Source: Phallusia mammillata (Eukaryota). From it: a stretch of DNA of 64,000 bases. Under the pieces are notes generated by a model. It saw only the letters and a program-made list of their open reading frames with translations, was not told the origin of the DNA and made no database searches. How positions within the stretch are numbered: the first letter of the stretch is position 1; each line of letters starts with the position of its first letter. Positions 62,291 to 64,000 of the stretch are shown here, one piece after another. The position numbers were made by a program, and so were the translations under genes. The DNA lies in the NCBI GenBank assembly GCA_965637545.1, contig OZ281496.1, forward strand, positions 16,802,001-16,866,000. The letters run 5' to 3'.

Positions 62291-63564
62291 GGAGGCTCCT
62301 AACCTTTTACATTTAAATATTCGGTAATGCTCTTTGCGCCACCTGACGGTAGGCCGCGAATTTGTAATTTAAGATCTTGGTAGAATTTCCCGCCAACTCG
62401 TTAATTGTGCTCCTCTGTCATTGAATTTGAGTATGTGCTTTTCTTGGTTTCGTTCTTTGTTTTGACGTCAACACCATTTTGCTGTTATTGTTTTTAAAAT
62501 TGCATCATCTTTTCGCGCAAAGTTTATTATTTCTTTCGCCCAAAACACATGCCTATGCTGAAGATTTTTATTACTTATCAATTATAACCGTTCAAACTGT
62601 TCAAATTTTAACGTATTTTTACAATAATTTGGTAAATTCTATTCGTCAAAATCAGTTTAGTTGACATTTAACAAAGGACTGATAAATTCCAACGCGATTC
62701 GACATTACCATAAACAAATGATAAACGACTTCAGACTTTCAAAGTTTAATGTAAATAAACTCAAAAATGATTACTTTTCGTCGTGTCATAAGTTACGCGA
62801 GGTGATGTCATAACGGTTTAACAGCTTTGATCACGGGTGTGGGCAGATAGCTTATTGTTTAAAGAATGTCTCAAAAACTACAAACTCAGTAAAATCGAAC
62901 CCCAGAAATATGGCGAAGAATTTGACCTAACATTTAGAAAAGTCGCACCATCGCTGCCGGACCTCCTGCCTGTAATCTCAAATTGAACTACGCACCTAGA
63001 AAAGTTATTTTTTGTTGATTCTTTTAAATTCGGATTCTCAAGACACTAATGTGACCGGTATCTCATTGGAGAACATTAATACAAGTTTATGCCTACAATC
63101 TCTCAAAAGCTTGTAACCAGCATGTAATTCATCAACCCTAATATATTTCAAGGAAACGAGTCGGAGAACGCGAAAACAGGCTCAGGTTTTGCTAACTTCT
63201 GAAGCTTTGTTTGAAAAAGGTAATCAGCAATACACAGCGACAAAGGTTTTTGGAGACAGCATGTGCCTAACAAGGCTCGTTTCAAAAATATCGATGTGAC
63301 TTTTTACATAAGCTAACTATAACGTGCAAAAATATGTTTTCCACTACATAGCACGCCACAAGGTTTCTGCAACAAAACTCGTTTTCGTGACTAGGATTTA
63401 TCTTTCATGGTTTAAAATATTTTTTGTTCATCGAACGCTGACTAGATTTTTTCCGAAAATCTCAGATCAACGAGGTTCCTCATTGCTGAGATTTAGAAGT
63501 ATTTTTTTAATGCACATGTTCAAATTTTGTTTCACCGCGTGCAGCACAGGTTTTTCATCAGATC

Positions 63565-64000
63565 TTATCTCATAATTGCCTCACTCTGATGGGTCAACAT
63601 GTGTGATTTTAGATGTTGCCTTTGCCTAAAATGTTTTTGGCATATATCACAGCGATGGGGTTTCTCGTTGGTGTGAGTTAGCACATGTGTTTTCAAATAT
63701 CCTTTGAAGGCAAATCTTTTATCGCACACAGCGCACCCATGAAGTTTTTCATGAGTATGGGTTAACAAATGTCCTTTTAAAGTATCATTGTGGCGAAATC
63801 TTTTCATACAAACATCACAATGATAAGATTTTTCCTTTGTGTAAGTCGTCATGTGTTTTTTTCAAAGTTTCTCTTATGCTGAATCCTTTTTCGCATATAT
63901 CGCATCCATGGTGTTTATCTTTAGTTTCTCTTTTGTGTGGATCAAAAAGTGTTCTGTCAAATGGGTTTTCCGGCTGAATGTTTTATCACAAACATTACAT
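63565..64000 (-). pseudogene. C2H2 zinc-finger array (3 in-frame fingers; upstream fingers frameshifted; runs off the window)
   Basis: CDVCMKRF..HLLTH, CAVCDKRF..HVLTH, CDICQKHF..HMLTH. Confidence 0.8.

Overview
This is AT-rich animal genomic DNA with short (~55-80 nt) GT-AG introns; a compact-genome marine invertebrate such as an ascidian is plausible, but that is inference. There is no intact housekeeping gene. The window is a dense, nested transposon graveyard around a C2H2 zinc-finger gene cluster. Main contents: (1) a THAP/P-element split by a hAT MITE and by a near-complete Penelope-like element (RT + GIY-YIG) whose pseudo-LTRs carry a minimal hammerhead ribozyme (3 copies in the window); (2) remnants of CMC/EnSpm, a tyrosine-recombinase-like element, piggyBac, Maverick polB, NOF-like MULE, hAT and DUF4806 genes; (3) a multi-level nest: ZF pseudogene < intron-rich Harbinger (transposase + Myb/SANT) < CsRn1-like Ty3/Gypsy < hAT MITE; (4) an internally deleted Gypsy with a tRNA-Arg PBS and a PPT; (5) six MITEs with perfect 8-bp TSDs, three tRNA-Leu-derived SINEs and two exons of a PI-synthase-like gene. 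Best leads: an intact 209-aa orphan ORF between the Gypsy 5' LTR and gag, with possible short relatives elsewhere in the window; SINE copies sitting at a fixed 45 nt from an AGGTGGCGC motif; and the decayed YR-like element. All family calls come from motifs read by eye; no database search was run.
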